A DNA stretch of 60,968 nt, filler included. It is 5 parts of 5 records of this genome, joined end to end, with 100 filler letters (N's around TTAATTAATTAA, not from the genome) between each part and the next. Parts side by side here need not be neighbours in the genome. Positions count along the whole stretch, not along the records: positions 23,991 to 34,172 come from DRR723986_9055; positions 34,273 to 41,554 come from DRR723986_9059; positions 41,655 to 60,968 come from DRR723986_9061; 2 more parts are not named here. One strand, 5' to 3'. Below the pieces are notes generated by a model, which did no database searches, was not told the origin of the DNA, and saw nothing but the letters and a program-made list of their open reading frames with translations. A program made the position numbers and the translations under genes. Positions 33,242-43,155 of the stretch are shown one piece after another; position 1 is the first letter of the stretch; every line of letters begins with the position of its first letter.

Positions 33242-33733
33242 TTACTTCTTCTTGCGTTTTCCGCCTTTTTTGCTGCCGGAACTTTTTGGTCCTTCTTTGC
33301 GCAGTTTTGCAACTTCCGCTTCGGACACAACAGGTCCACGGTTACCAAAGCTGTTATAGACATATGTCAGGACGGCTGCAATGTCTTTGTCGCCGTATTT
33401 CTCAGGAATTTTTGGCATGACGCCGTTATACTTCTTGCCGTTGACAACGATCTCACCACTCAGGCCAAACAGAAGGTTGCGGATATTGCGTTTGCGGTCT
33501 TTTTTGAGGAAGTCGGATTTTGCCAGTGGCGGATAGACATTCGGCATGCCTTCACCTTTAGCCATGTGGCACGTGACGCAGTATTCGTCGTAGACTTTTT
33601 TACCGAGCTTCATCATTTCCGTTTTACTTACCATCGGCGTGGCCGTCAGCGTTTCCACGGAACTCATCGAATATAACATCGCGCCGAAGATCAGGCTGCA
33701 GACTATCCCGTAGAGAATTCGATTAGCACTCAT
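33242..33733 (-). CDS. Monoheme cytochrome c (class I)
   Basis: CVTCH heme motif, YPPLAKSDFL and YNGVMP; N-terminal signal/anchor. Confidence 0.9.
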   Translation of the reverse strand: MSANRILYGIVCSLIFGAMLYSMSSVETLTATPMVSKTEMMKLGKKVYDEYCVTCHMAKGEGMPNVYPPLAKSDFLKKDRKRNIRNLLFGLSGEIVVNGKKYNGVMPKIPEKYGDKDIAAVLTYVYNSFGNRGPVVSEAEVAKLRKEGPKSSGSKKGGKRKKK

Positions 33734-34172
33734 GACATCTTTCCTCATTCACTATAAGCAATTTTACCAGACCGGGAATCTAAAGGCATGGCTCAATGAT
33801 TATCGCCTTCCAAATTCAGTACAAAAATACGGCCTTGGCTTATGGCCGCATATGATAGCGCTCACTTCAAATCCTGATAAATATCATGTTGCTTTTGAAC
33901 GCTTGCCCTGGCGGGCGCTTTTTTGATTTTCTTGTTAGTTATTGGGCTGGAGGTTTGGGGCTTTTGAGGCGTTCAAACCACCAGCTGGTGTGGAAAACTA
34001 TTGACTTCAAATTCTGGCCGCTCAGCAGTTATTACCGACCGCTGGCCAACAATATACCAGACATCAACCGAAATGGATTGGATGCTGCAGCAATTATGCT
34101 CTCAGCGATCAGGTTCCTGAACTTCTTGCTCCAAGACCCGTAGATTTACGGCTCACAGCACTTAGGGCTGTG

Positions 34173-34272
34173 NNNNNNNNNNNNNNNNNNNNNNNNNNNN
34201 NNNNNNNNNNNNNNNNTTAATTAATTAANNNNNNNNNNNNNNNNNNNNNNNNNNNNNNNNNNNNNNNNNNNN
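34173..34272. other. Artificial contig linker
   Basis: N-run + TTAATTAATTAA + N-run. Confidence 0.98.
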
Positions 34273-34810
34273 GGATCTGCACCGGGCTGGTATGGGTGCG
34301 CAGCACGTGGGGCGGGCGATTGTCGCCCGGCGCGCGATGCGTATAGAACGTGTCCATCTCGGCCCGCGCGGGGTGATGGCCGGGGATGTTCAGCGCGTCG
34401 AAATTATACCAGTCGGTTTCGATCTGCGGGCCTTCGGCAACCGCAAAGCCCATATCGGCGAAGATCGCGGTCACCTCTTCGGTCACCTGGCTGACCGGGT
34501 GGATGGTGCCCTGACGGCGATGGCGCGCGGGCAGGGTCACGTCGAGCCATTCGCCACGCAGCCGTTCATCGAGCGCCGCATCGCCAAGGGCGGCCTTGCG
34601 GGCGGCCAGTGCCGAATTGACCTCGTTCTTCAGCGCATTCAGCGCGGGGCCCGCGACCTGGCGTTCCTCTGGCGTCATCTTGCCAAGCTCTCGCATCTGC
34701 AAGCTGATCTCGCCTTTTTTGCCAAGGGCCTGCACGCGCAGATCCTCCAGACCGGCTTCATCCGCCACGTCAGCAATGGCTTTCAGGTATTTTTCGCGCA
34801 GATCGTCCAT
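34273..34810 (-). CDS. pheS: Phenylalanine--tRNA ligase alpha subunit, 3'-truncated
   Basis: [22 protein letters not shown] and [11 protein letters not shown] motifs. Confidence 0.95.
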
Positions 34811-34882
34811 GGTCTCGCCCTTCGTCGCTTCGGCAAGACTGCTAGCCAGCCAAGGCCCGGAATGCAAGCGGCGAGCGGTGGA

Positions 34883-35080
34883 TCAGTCCGATGAGAGGCT
34901 CCAGGCCGTGGTGCTGAACAGGAAAAGGGCTATCGGCAGATCGTAGGTTACGGTTGGAGTCGCGCAGTTGCCGTATGCGTCGCGGTCGTAGCAGTCACAG
35001 CCTGCAAGCAGCAGGGCGCCCGCGGTCAAGGTGATAAGCGCGATGCGCCGGCGGGGCGCGGTGTCAGAATTGGAGGGCAT
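34883..35080 (-). CDS. Small Cys-containing lipoprotein (hypothetical)
   Basis: RRR + hydrophobic stretch + LAGC lipobox; GGAG upstream; overlaps the end of the barrel gene. Confidence 0.5.
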   Translation of the reverse strand: MPSNSDTAPRRRIALITLTAGALLLAGCDCYDRDAYGNCATPTVTYDLPIALFLFSTTAWSLSSD

Positions 35081-36092
35081 AGCCGATCGCTCCTGTCAGG
35101 CTGTCGCCGGAAAAGGCGGGGTGGTTGGCGTTGACATCTCGGTAGGTGACGGTTGCGGTGATGCTGCTGGTTTCGCTCAGTCGGTAGACCAACCGGCCGG
35201 TGAGGGTGGTGATGGTCTGGTCGGTGCGCCCACCCGCCACCAGATCGGTAAAGCCCATGCCGGTGTCGCGGTCTGACAGACTGGCATCGAGCGACCCGAA
35301 GAGGTTGGCCGCCAAAGGCCCGCTGATCCCGGCGCTGAGGCGAACTCCGTCATAGGACCAGTCCGACCCGTTGGCATCGTTGTTCTCTAACGCGATTCCC
35401 GCGCGGAACACGGCCCCGCCGGGCTGGGTCGTATAGACAAGCCCAAGCCCCGCTTCGGTATAGTCCGCATCGCGGTCGCGGGTGGGCTGCGGAAAGACGA
35501 CGCTGAAATCATTGTTCTGGTAGAGCAGATGCCCGTCCACACGCAGCTGTGGCGAGGCCTGATAGCGTGCATCCAGACGCAGTTGGTGGCTGGTCAGCCC
35601 GAGGGCCTCGACATCGGCGTCGCTTTCGTGGCGGAACGTGTAGCTTGGCAGGATCTCCAACAGGCCACCGGACCCGCCCGGTGTGATACGGGCAAAGAGC
35701 GTGGCAGAAACCGACGCATTTGAATAAGCGCTCGGGTCGTCTGTGCCCGGAGGCATACCGGCGGGCTGGTCACCGGAATAGCGGGTCGCGCTAAGCCCCC
35801 CAAAGACCCCGAAGGACAGCGTGTCGCTGCCCGGCCACTCGTAGGCCGCGCCGAGGCCAAGGGTTGCGAAGGACGCGGCCTGCTCGCCACCGGGGGGGAA
35901 GAACAGAGACTGATCTGCGACGAAGAGCAGATTGTCATCATAGCCGAAACTGAGAGACGCCTGCCCGACAAGCTGCCCACGCGGCAGCGCTTCGGGTGGC
36001 GCGACAGAGGGAACCGTTTCGTGCGCCGAAGCCATCCCGGCGCAGCAGAGCGCGAACCCCAGCGCAGAGGCCGGGAAAGAAGATCTTATCAT
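35064..36092 (-). CDS. Outer-membrane beta-barrel protein
   Basis: Signal peptide (ASA-H); FGYDDN; alternating beta-strands; C-terminal GYALQF. Confidence 0.75.
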   Translation of the reverse strand: MIRSSFPASALGFALCCAGMASAHETVPSVAPPEALPRGQLVGQASLSFGYDDNLLFVADQSLFFPPGGEQAASFATLGLGAAYEWPGSDTLSFGVFGGLSATRYSGDQPAGMPPGTDDPSAYSNASVSATLFARITPGGSGGLLEILPSYTFRHESDADVEALGLTSHQLRLDARYQASPQLRVDGHLLYQNNDFSVVFPQPTRDRDADYTEAGLGLVYTTQPGGAVFRAGIALENNDANGSDWSYDGVRLSAGISGPLAANLFGSLDASLSDRDTGMGFTDLVAGGRTDQTITTLTGRLVYRLSETSSITATVTYRDVNANHPAFSGDSLTGAIGYALQF

Positions 36093-36284
36093 GGTGCTGT
36101 CCCCCACGCGGGATCGCCCCCGCGCCTTCATTTCTTGCAGACGCCACGAGGTTATCGCGCCATGTCATCGGTCTCTATGGGCCGAAAGGGGGGGGAAATC
36201 ACGGTCGCGGGCTTGCAGCATTGCCTTTTGATCCGGACTGCGCTTGGCTTGATGTCACATTGGGTTCGGTTGGTGGGGCCAGCC

Positions 36285-37166
36285 ATGGATGTCACGCTGC
36301 GCAACCTGCGCGAGGTTTATCGACTATTGGACGCCTGCCTGCGGTATGGAAGCGATCCGACCGGCTGGCGGCAGACGCTGGCCGAGGGGCTGCGCGACCT
36401 GTTTGGCGGTATCAATGCCCATTGCGGCGAATATGCCTTCATCCACGATCCCGCGCGGGCGGGCGTGCTGGATTTCGTGGCCACGGATTGGCCGACGCCA
36501 GAGCAGGCGCGCAGTTTTGCCCGCTATCAGGTCTCTGGAAACCATGTGCACGATCCGCTGTTCGCGGCGATCCGGGCGCGGCGGAAACGGTTTCTGGTGA
36601 CGTCGATCGCCGATCTTATGCCGCCCGAGGACTATTTTCAGGGGGCTTTCTATCGCGACAACATGTCAGACGCAGGCATAGGGGATTTCCTGATCGGCAT
36701 TGCCCCGATCCCCGTAGACGACGGCGCCGCACGCTCGATCATGCATGTCTGCGTGCGCGGGCGCGAAGATCAGTTCTTCACGCCCGACCACCGCAAGCTG
36801 ATGCGGGTGCTGACGCTCGGGCTGACACGGCTGGTGGGTACCCGGCTGGCCGACAGCCAGTCGCCGGTGCACGGCCTGACATCGCGTCAGCGCGAAGCTC
36901 TGTCTCATTTGCTGACAGGCGCGGGGCTGGCCGACGCAGCGCGGAGCATGGGGGTCAGCCAAGGCACCTTCAAGAAATATGCCGCTACGCTGTATGGCCT
37001 CTTTGGAACACGCGGGCGGGCCGAATTGCAGGCCCGCTTCGCCAATTCCGATGGCATCCGGCTGGCTGGCGTGACCACCAGCCCGATCCGGGGGCGCATT
37101 CGCCGGGCTGGACCGCCGATGACGCAACCCTGGACTTCGCCCGATCACCTGCTGCGCGGGGAGTGA
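36285..37166 (+). CDS. LuxR-type C-terminal HTH transcriptional regulator
   Basis: LTSRQREALSHLLTG...AARSMGVSQGTFKKY...FGTRGRAEL; start codon uncertain. Confidence 0.75.
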   Translation: MDVTLRNLREVYRLLDACLRYGSDPTGWRQTLAEGLRDLFGGINAHCGEYAFIHDPARAGVLDFVATDWPTPEQARSFARYQVSGNHVHDPLFAAIRARRKRFLVTSIADLMPPEDYFQGAFYRDNMSDAGIGDFLIGIAPIPVDDGAARSIMHVCVRGREDQFFTPDHRKLMRVLTLGLTRLVGTRLADSQSPVHGLTSRQREALSHLLTGAGLADAARSMGVSQGTFKKYAATLYGLFGTRGRAELQARFANSDGIRLAGVTTSPIRGRIRRAGPPMTQPWTSPDHLLRGE

Positions 37167-37169
37167 CGG

Positions 37170-38456
37170 TCAGGACGGGTCAAGCTCCGACCTGACCCCG
37201 TCCTGAGGCGCAAGCGGGGCGGCCTCATCCTCGCCTTCCTGTAGGGCTGCGGTTTCCGGGGTGGCGATGCGGGCGGGCATACTGGCATGGAAATCACCCT
37301 TGTCGGCCTCGGCCACGGCGGCGCGGCGACTGATCCGCCAGAGGGTGAAGACGATCATCACCACATGCGCGGCGATGGTCGTCATGAACAGGCCGCGCGG
37401 ACCGAACGGGTCCATGATGCGGCCCGCGATCAGTGGCCCGACGATGGCGCCGATGCCATAGACCATAAGCAACCCGCCCGAGACCTGAATGGACGTGCCC
37501 GGCGGGGCGTGGTCATTGGCGTGGGCAACGATGATCGGATACATCGCGAAGATCGCCGCGCCGAAGATGCTGGCCAGCACCAGATTCAGCATCTGCCCTT
37601 CGGGTTGCAGCACCGTGAAGGTGATGTCGGCGGCCAGTGCCAGCAGCGCCGTCACCACCAACACCTTGCGCCGATCCATGCGGTCCGAAAATATCCCGAA
37701 CGGAATCTGCGCCACGGCCCCGGCAAGAATCGGCAGGCTGGCAAAGAGCGCGATGGACGACAGGCCCAACCCCACCCGGTCGGCATAGACGGCGGACAGG
37801 GTTCCGAAGGCACTGTTGGAGATCCCGACAAGGAACACCGCCACCACCGCAACCGGAGAATTGTTCCACAGCACCCGCAGATCCAGCCGGACCGTGGTCA
37901 GCGGCACCGGGCTTTGCGAGGTAGAGATCGCCGTGGGGATCAGCGCAAGGCTGTAGAAGATCGCGCCGAGCGCAAAGAACAGGAAGCCGCTGGCATCGCC
38001 CAGTGCAATGACCATCTGGCCCGCGGTGCTGGCCGCGAGATTGACCATGGAATAGATCGCGAAGATGCGGCCCCGGGTCGAGGGTTCGGCGCGGTCGTTC
38101 AGCCAGCTTTCCACGATCATCGCGGCCCCGGCAAAGCTGAACCCCGACACCGCACGCACCGGAATCCAGGCCCATGCCTCAACCACCAGGGCCTGACTTA
38201 GGATTGCGACAGAGGCACAGGCACACATGACGCCGAAGGTGCGGATATGGCCGACCGAGGCCACCAGACGTGGAATGTAGAGGCAGCCAAGCACGTAGCC
38301 GATTGCCCAACCGGTGCCGAGAAATCCGAGCGCGGTGGCCGAGAAACCTTCCTCGGACCCTCGCACCGGCAGGATCAGGCTGTTGATACCGCCTGCAAAG
38401 AGCAGAAGCGCAGAGCCGAGCAGAAGCGCACTGATAGGGAGAAGCTGACGATACAT
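37170..38456 (-). CDS. MFS transporter (YcaD-like)
   Basis: VGHIRTF, ESWLND and SDRMDRR motifs; about 12 TM segments. Confidence 0.9.
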   Translation of the reverse strand: MYRQLLPISALLLGSALLLFAGGINSLILPVRGSEEGFSATALGFLGTGWAIGYVLGCLYIPRLVASVGHIRTFGVMCACASVAILSQALVVEAWAWIPVRAVSGFSFAGAAMIVESWLNDRAEPSTRGRIFAIYSMVNLAASTAGQMVIALGDASGFLFFALGAIFYSLALIPTAISTSQSPVPLTTVRLDLRVLWNNSPVAVVAVFLVGISNSAFGTLSAVYADRVGLGLSSIALFASLPILAGAVAQIPFGIFSDRMDRRKVLVVTALLALAADITFTVLQPEGQMLNLVLASIFGAAIFAMYPIIVAHANDHAPPGTSIQVSGGLLMVYGIGAIVGPLIAGRIMDPFGPRGLFMTTIAAHVVMIVFTLWRISRRAAVAEADKGDFHASMPARIATPETAALQEGEDEAAPLAPQDGVRSELDPS

Positions 38457-38623
38457 GGGGACCAGACTAGGCGGAAACGGAGAAAACGGAAAGCAGGTCT
38501 GCGGCGGCTATATCGGTGCGGGATCGGGCGCAAGCCCTGCTGTCCCTCCTGCCGCGTACCCCTTGCGGGCGCCGGGCGGCGGGATAGGCTGGGCTGGTTC
38601 CTGCAAGGCGAGGCCCGCAACCC

Positions 38624-39778
38624 ATGACGACCTTTTTCAGCCAGGGCTTTCGGCCCTTTTTCCTGTTCGCCGCGCTTTGGGCTGGTCTGGCCATGGCCCT
38701 GTGGATCGCCCATTGGGCCGGGGTGCCGGTGCTGACGGGGGCGATGTTGCCGCTCGACTGGCATGTGCATGAGTTGATCTTCGGCTATGGCGGCGCGGTT
38801 CTGTGCGGCTTTCTGCTGACCGCGATCCCGAACTGGACCAACCGCCCGCCGGTGTCGGGCCTGCCGCTGGCCAGGCTGGCGCTGGTGTGGCTGGTCGCAA
38901 GGGTCGGCTTCCTACTGCCCGACGGTATGATCGCGCCGTCGCTGCTGGCCGCGCTGGCGCTGCTGTTTCCGGTGCTGTTCTGCCTGATCGCGGGGCGGGA
39001 ACTGGTCGCCGTAAAGAACCGGCGCAACCTGCCGGTGCTGGCGATTTGCGTGGCTTTTCTGGCTGCGGATGCCGTGTTCCTGTGGCAGGCCCTGCGCGAC
39101 GGCACGGCCTCGGGCGGTGCCGCAGAGCGGGCGGGCATTGCGGTGCTGATCGTGTTGATCAGCCTGATCGGCGGGCGCATCGTCCCGGCCTTCACCCGCA
39201 ATTGGCTGAAGGCGAAGGCGGTGGCCGGCAGCCCTGCGGAATTTGCGACGCTGGACAAGGCGGTTCTGGCGGGCAGCATCGTCGCGCTGCTGTCATGGGT
39301 GCTGTGGCCTGATGCAATCGTGACCGGAGCCTTGCTGCTGGTCCTGGCCCCCGCCCATGCGCTGCGCCTGTCGCGCTGGCGCGGGCTTGCCACTCGGTCC
39401 GAGCTGCTGCTGTTTGGGCTGCATCTTGGCTATGGGTTCGTCGCCCTGGGCTTTCTTCTGACCGGGGCGGGGGCGCTGCTGCCGGATCTTGTGCCCGCAG
39501 TGGCCGGGATTCACGCCTGGACGGTGGGTGCCGTCGGGCTGATGACGCTGACGGTGATGACCCGCGCCAGCCTTGGGCATTCGGGGCGGCCCTTGGTGGC
39601 GTTGCCGATCGAGCAAGGCTTTATCGCCGCGATTCTGCTGGCGGCGGTGCTGCGCATCCTGTCAACCTGGGGCGCATTGCCGGAGACGCTGCTGTATGGC
39701 TCTGCGGGGTTGTGGTGCCTGGGTTTCGGTCTGTTTGCGCTGCGGTTCCTGCCGGTGATGATCGCGCCACGCAGCTAG
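38624..39778 (+). CDS. nnrS: NnrS family protein
   Basis: GFRPFFL, WHVHELIFG, FLLTAIPNWT, GGRIVPAFTRN and RASLGHSGR motifs. Confidence 0.93.
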   Translation: MTTFFSQGFRPFFLFAALWAGLAMALWIAHWAGVPVLTGAMLPLDWHVHELIFGYGGAVLCGFLLTAIPNWTNRPPVSGLPLARLALVWLVARVGFLLPDGMIAPSLLAALALLFPVLFCLIAGRELVAVKNRRNLPVLAICVAFLAADAVFLWQALRDGTASGGAAERAGIAVLIVLISLIGGRIVPAFTRNWLKAKAVAGSPAEFATLDKAVLAGSIVALLSWVLWPDAIVTGALLLVLAPAHALRLSRWRGLATRSELLLFGLHLGYGFVALGFLLTGAGALLPDLVPAVAGIHAWTVGAVGLMTLTVMTRASLGHSGRPLVALPIEQGFIAAILLAAVLRILSTWGALPETLLYGSAGLWCLGFGLFALRFLPVMIAPRS

Positions 39779-39899
39779 GCCGACCTGCGCTGGCGACTGT
39801 GCCCTTTCCGCCAGACCGCGTGGCCTTGTGGGGCATCCCAATTGCCCGCAGGGGCGCTTCGCCGTAGCCTGTTGACGAGCAGACAGACAGAGGCCGATC

Positions 39900-40538
39900 A
39901 TGGACCCCAAGATCATCATTTGCGGCACCGGCCGTGCGGGCACCACTTTGTTGGTGCGCATTCTGACGGTGGCGGGGATGGACACAGGCTTCAAACCGCG
40001 TCGCTTCAAGGGGGTCGAAGAGAACCTCGGCCGGGCAGGGCTGGAAAAACCGGTGCGTCGGCACAATGCCGACAAGCTGCCGCTGGTGGTGAAATCGCCG
40101 CAGATCGTCGATGTGCTGCCGAGGCTGCTGGCGGAAAACTGGTTTCCCATCGGGCTGGCCATCGTGCCGATGCGCGATCTGGCCGCCGCTGCCGCCAGCC
40201 GCAGGCAGGTGCGCGAACGGGCGATTGCAGCGGGCGAAGACCCTGCAATGGCGCCGGGCGGGCTGTGGAAGACGGATGCGCCGGACAACCAGCATTGGGT
40301 GCTGGCCGAACAGTTCTACCGCACGCTGGAACCGCTGGTCGCCGCCGAAGTGCCGGTTGTGATGCTGTCCTTCCCGCGCTTTGCCGAGGACGCGGCCTAT
40401 TTCGACCGGGTACTCGGCCCGGTGCTGCAGGCACGCTACGGCGTGGACCGTGACAGGCTGCTTGTCGCCCATGCACAGGAATGTAACCCGGCGCTGATCA
40501 CCGGCGAAGCGGCGGCACAGGCGGACAGCCAGTCATGA
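39900..40538 (+). CDS. Sulfotransferase-like / P-loop protein
   Basis: IIICGTGRAGTT resembles a PAPS-binding loop; VKSP and PMRD motifs. Confidence 0.6.
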   Translation: MDPKIIICGTGRAGTTLLVRILTVAGMDTGFKPRRFKGVEENLGRAGLEKPVRRHNADKLPLVVKSPQIVDVLPRLLAENWFPIGLAIVPMRDLAAAAASRRQVRERAIAAGEDPAMAPGGLWKTDAPDNQHWVLAEQFYRTLEPLVAAEVPVVMLSFPRFAEDAAYFDRVLGPVLQARYGVDRDRLLVAHAQECNPALITGEAAAQADSQS

Positions 40539-40855
40539 GATGGGACAAGCTGGCCGAGCGGCAGATCAGGAAGGCCGAGGCCGAAGGGCAGTTCGACAAG
40601 CTGAAGGGCGCAGGCAAGCCGCTGAAAGCGGAAAGCGGGCACAGCGCCGACGCGGCGGGGTTTCGGATCATGCATGAGGCGGGCGTGGTCCCGCGAGAGA
40701 TAGAACTGCGCAAGGCCGTCGAGGCGCTGACCGCAAAGCTGCGCGACGCCCCGGCAGGGACTGAACGGGACGCCATCGTCAGGGAATTGGCCGGGGTGCA
40801 ACTACGGCTCGACATCGAACAGGAGGCGCGGCGCAAATACATGCGTCACGAATAG
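40535..40855 (+). CDS. DUF1992 family protein
   Basis: AERQIRKAEAEGQFDKLKGAGKPL...AGVVPREI. Confidence 0.85.
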   Translation: MRWDKLAERQIRKAEAEGQFDKLKGAGKPLKAESGHSADAAGFRIMHEAGVVPREIELRKAVEALTAKLRDAPAGTERDAIVRELAGVQLRLDIEQEARRKYMRHE

Positions 40856-40857
40856 GA

Positions 40858-41403
40858 ATGACCCTGGAGATTTCGACCAAGTACCGGACGCGGCATGGGG
40901 CGCTTGTGGCGCTTTTCCGGTCAAGTTTCGCGGATGCGGAAGGGGCCGAGGAAGGCGCGTTGATCGGCAGGTTTGTTGACCGGTTGTTGGGCGAGACCCC
41001 GGCAGAGGATCTGCGGGTCTTCACCGCGCTGGAAAGCGGCGATCCGATCGCCTGCATCTGCTTTTCGCGGCTCGACTACGCGCAAGATCCGCGTCGGGTC
41101 ATGCTGCTGTCGCCTGTGGCGGTGACAACGGCGGTGCAAGGCAAGGGCGTGGGGCAGGCCCTGATCCGCCATGGGTTGGACGTGTTGCGGGCCGAGGGCG
41201 TCGCGGTTGCGATCACCTATGGCGACCCTGCGTTCTACGGAAGGGTCGGGTTCCACCCGATCACCGAAGATCAGGCGCGCGCACCTTTGGCGCTGAGCCA
41301 CCCGAAAGGCTGGATCGGCCAGTCTTTGAACGGCAAGGAGTTCACTCCGCTCAAGGGCCCCGCGCGCGCCGTGGCGGCGTTGAACGACCCTGATCTGTGG
41401 TGA
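40858..41403 (+). CDS. GNAT N-acetyltransferase (YhbS-like)
   Basis: LSPVAV..QGKGVGQAL and GDPAFYGRVGF motifs. Confidence 0.88.
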   Translation: MTLEISTKYRTRHGALVALFRSSFADAEGAEEGALIGRFVDRLLGETPAEDLRVFTALESGDPIACICFSRLDYAQDPRRVMLLSPVAVTTAVQGKGVGQALIRHGLDVLRAEGVAVAITYGDPAFYGRVGFHPITEDQARAPLALSHPKGWIGQSLNGKEFTPLKGPARAVAALNDPDLW

Positions 41404-41421
41404 CCACGAGGCGGTGAAACC

Positions 41422-41459
41422 GAAAAGGGCCTGCCCGCACACGGCGGACAGGCCCTTGA
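41422..41459. terminator. Terminator hairpin after rplT
   Basis: AAGGGCCTGCCCGC/GCGGACAGGCCCTT stem between convergent genes. Confidence 0.7.
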
Positions 41460-41481
41460 AGATTTCGAAATGCGACGTGGC

Positions 41482-41554
41482 TTAGGCCAGTGCGCCTTTC
41501 GCCTGTGCAACGATAGCACCGAAGGCTTCGGGCTCGTGCACGGCCAGATCGGCC
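41482..41554 (-). CDS. rplT: 50S ribosomal protein L20, 3' end only
   Basis: Manual translation ADLAVHEPEAFGAIVAQAKGALA* matches the L20 C-terminus; same strand as and upstream of pheS. Confidence 0.88.
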
Positions 41555-41654
41555 NNNNNNNNNNNNNNNNNNNNNNNNNNNNNNNNNNNNNNNNNNNNTT
41601 AATTAATTAANNNNNNNNNNNNNNNNNNNNNNNNNNNNNNNNNNNNNNNNNNNN
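41555..41654. other. Artificial contig linker
   Basis: N-run + TTAATTAATTAA + N-run. Confidence 0.98.
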
Positions 41655-41745
41655 TTTGCAAGTGGATGGGCGCATGTTCATGGCTCAATGCCAGATGTCG
41701 CTGAACGTGCCGATGTGGCGCGAAGTGCAGCAAGGGTGCCTGTCT

Positions 41746-42192
41746 TCAGACCTGCAATTGCCTGAGCCATCCTTTAATCCGCTTGGCGTTTACCCCAAGA
41801 TCTGACCGGCCAAACCGCAAACGGCCATAAACCTCCAAGTAGGGTTGCCCATCCGGCGTTTGGTAGATGCCGATTGTGGTATAGTCTGGAAAGCCGACAA
41901 CCTTGGAGCGCGACACATAGGTCAGCTGTTTGTCTGCCAATGATCCGGCCAAAAGCGCCGTGCGCGGCTCTGCGCGGATGATCCGGTCCAACGCGGCCAG
42001 CGCGGCTGTTCCGTCATTCTCGACCGCCTGCTGCCAGATGTAGAAACCTTTGCCGCGCTTTTCTTCAATCCCTTGAAAGGACGCGGCTTTGTGCCACTTT
42101 CCCTGATCCGACGGGGCCAGCCGTACGTAGGCCGCAGCCCCCACAACCAGCAGCAGAACCACCCAAATGAACATCACAATTTCCTTTTTCAT
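41746..42192 (-). CDS. DUF1499 family protein
   Basis: RSKVVGFPDY and RLRFGRSDLGVNAKRI motifs. Confidence 0.85.
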   Translation of the reverse strand: MKKEIVMFIWVVLLLVVGAAAYVRLAPSDQGKWHKAASFQGIEEKRGKGFYIWQQAVENDGTAALAALDRIIRAEPRTALLAGSLADKQLTYVSRSKVVGFPDYTTIGIYQTPDGQPYLEVYGRLRFGRSDLGVNAKRIKGWLRQLQV

Positions 42193-42207
42193 ATTGTTTG
42201 GCAGAGC

Positions 42208-43155
42208 CTATCGGTAGCTGACGCCGGGCAAGACACATAGCATCTCAAACAGGATGTTTGCCCCCGTCAGCGCGGTATTGCCGGAGGTGTCATAAGGCGG
42301 AGACACCTCAACCAGATCGCCGCCGATGATGTTGACCCCGCGCAGAGCGCGGATCAATTGCAATGCCTGCGGCGTGGTCAAACCGGCAATCTCGGGCGTG
42401 CCCGTACCGGGCGCAAAAGCGGGGTCGAGACTGTCGATATCATAGGTCACATAGGTGGGCAGATCGCCAATGTCGCGCCGGACCTCAGCGCCCAAGGATG
42501 ACAGATCACGCCCCCAAAGCCCCTCTGCCGGAAACTGCTGAAACCCCCAACCAGCAGCTTCTGAGAAATCCTCTGCGGAATAGCCCGAGCCCCGAATGCC
42601 AATCTGATAGGTTTTTGAGGGGTTTATCAGCCCTTCTTCATATGCGCGGCGGAACACAGTCCCGTGCGTCTCCCGCTCTCCAAACATTTCATCGTTTACA
42701 TCGGCATGTGCGTCCACATGGACCAAGGCCACTGGCCCGTGTTTGCGCGCCATCGCCCGCAGGATTGGCAGGGTGATCGAATGATCACCGCCCATGGCAA
42801 GCGGCTTCACGTTATGCTTGAGGATTTCGTCGTAACTCTCTGCAATAATGCGCAAACTGTCGCTCAGGGAAAAGGTATTGATCGCCAGATCACCAATATC
42901 TGCAACTTGCAACGCATCAAACGGCGCGGCCCCGGTGCCAAGGTTGTAGGGCCGCAACATCGCCGATTCCGCACGGATCTGTTTGGGACCAAACCGCGTG
43001 CCAGACCGCCAGCTTGTGCCAATATCCATCGGCACGCCAAGCACAGCAACATCCAGCCCCGCCAGATCATTCACCGAAGGGAGCCGCATAAAGGTGTTCG
43101 GCCCGGAGAACCGCGCCAGATCATTGCCGCCGATAGGCTGATTAAAGTCGCTCAT
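42208..43155 (-). CDS. speB: Agmatinase / ureohydrolase family
   Basis: GGDHSIT, DAHAD, DIDSLDPAFAPGTGTP and VEVSPPYD motifs. Confidence 0.88.
   Translation of the reverse strand: MSDFNQPIGGNDLARFSGPNTFMRLPSVNDLAGLDVAVLGVPMDIGTSWRSGTRFGPKQIRAESAMLRPYNLGTGAAPFDALQVADIGDLAINTFSLSDSLRIIAESYDEILKHNVKPLAMGGDHSITLPILRAMARKHGPVALVHVDAHADVNDEMFGERETHGTVFRRAYEEGLINPSKTYQIGIRGSGYSAEDFSEAAGWGFQQFPAEGLWGRDLSSLGAEVRRDIGDLPTYVTYDIDSLDPAFAPGTGTPEIAGLTTPQALQLIRALRGVNIIGGDLVEVSPPYDTSGNTALTGANILFEMLCVLPGVSYR

Noticed and set aside
33886-34143. 85-aa ORF at the end of contig 3
   Set aside because: No RBS or motif, and it overlaps the degenerate repeat-like contig-end sequence; not supported as a gene.
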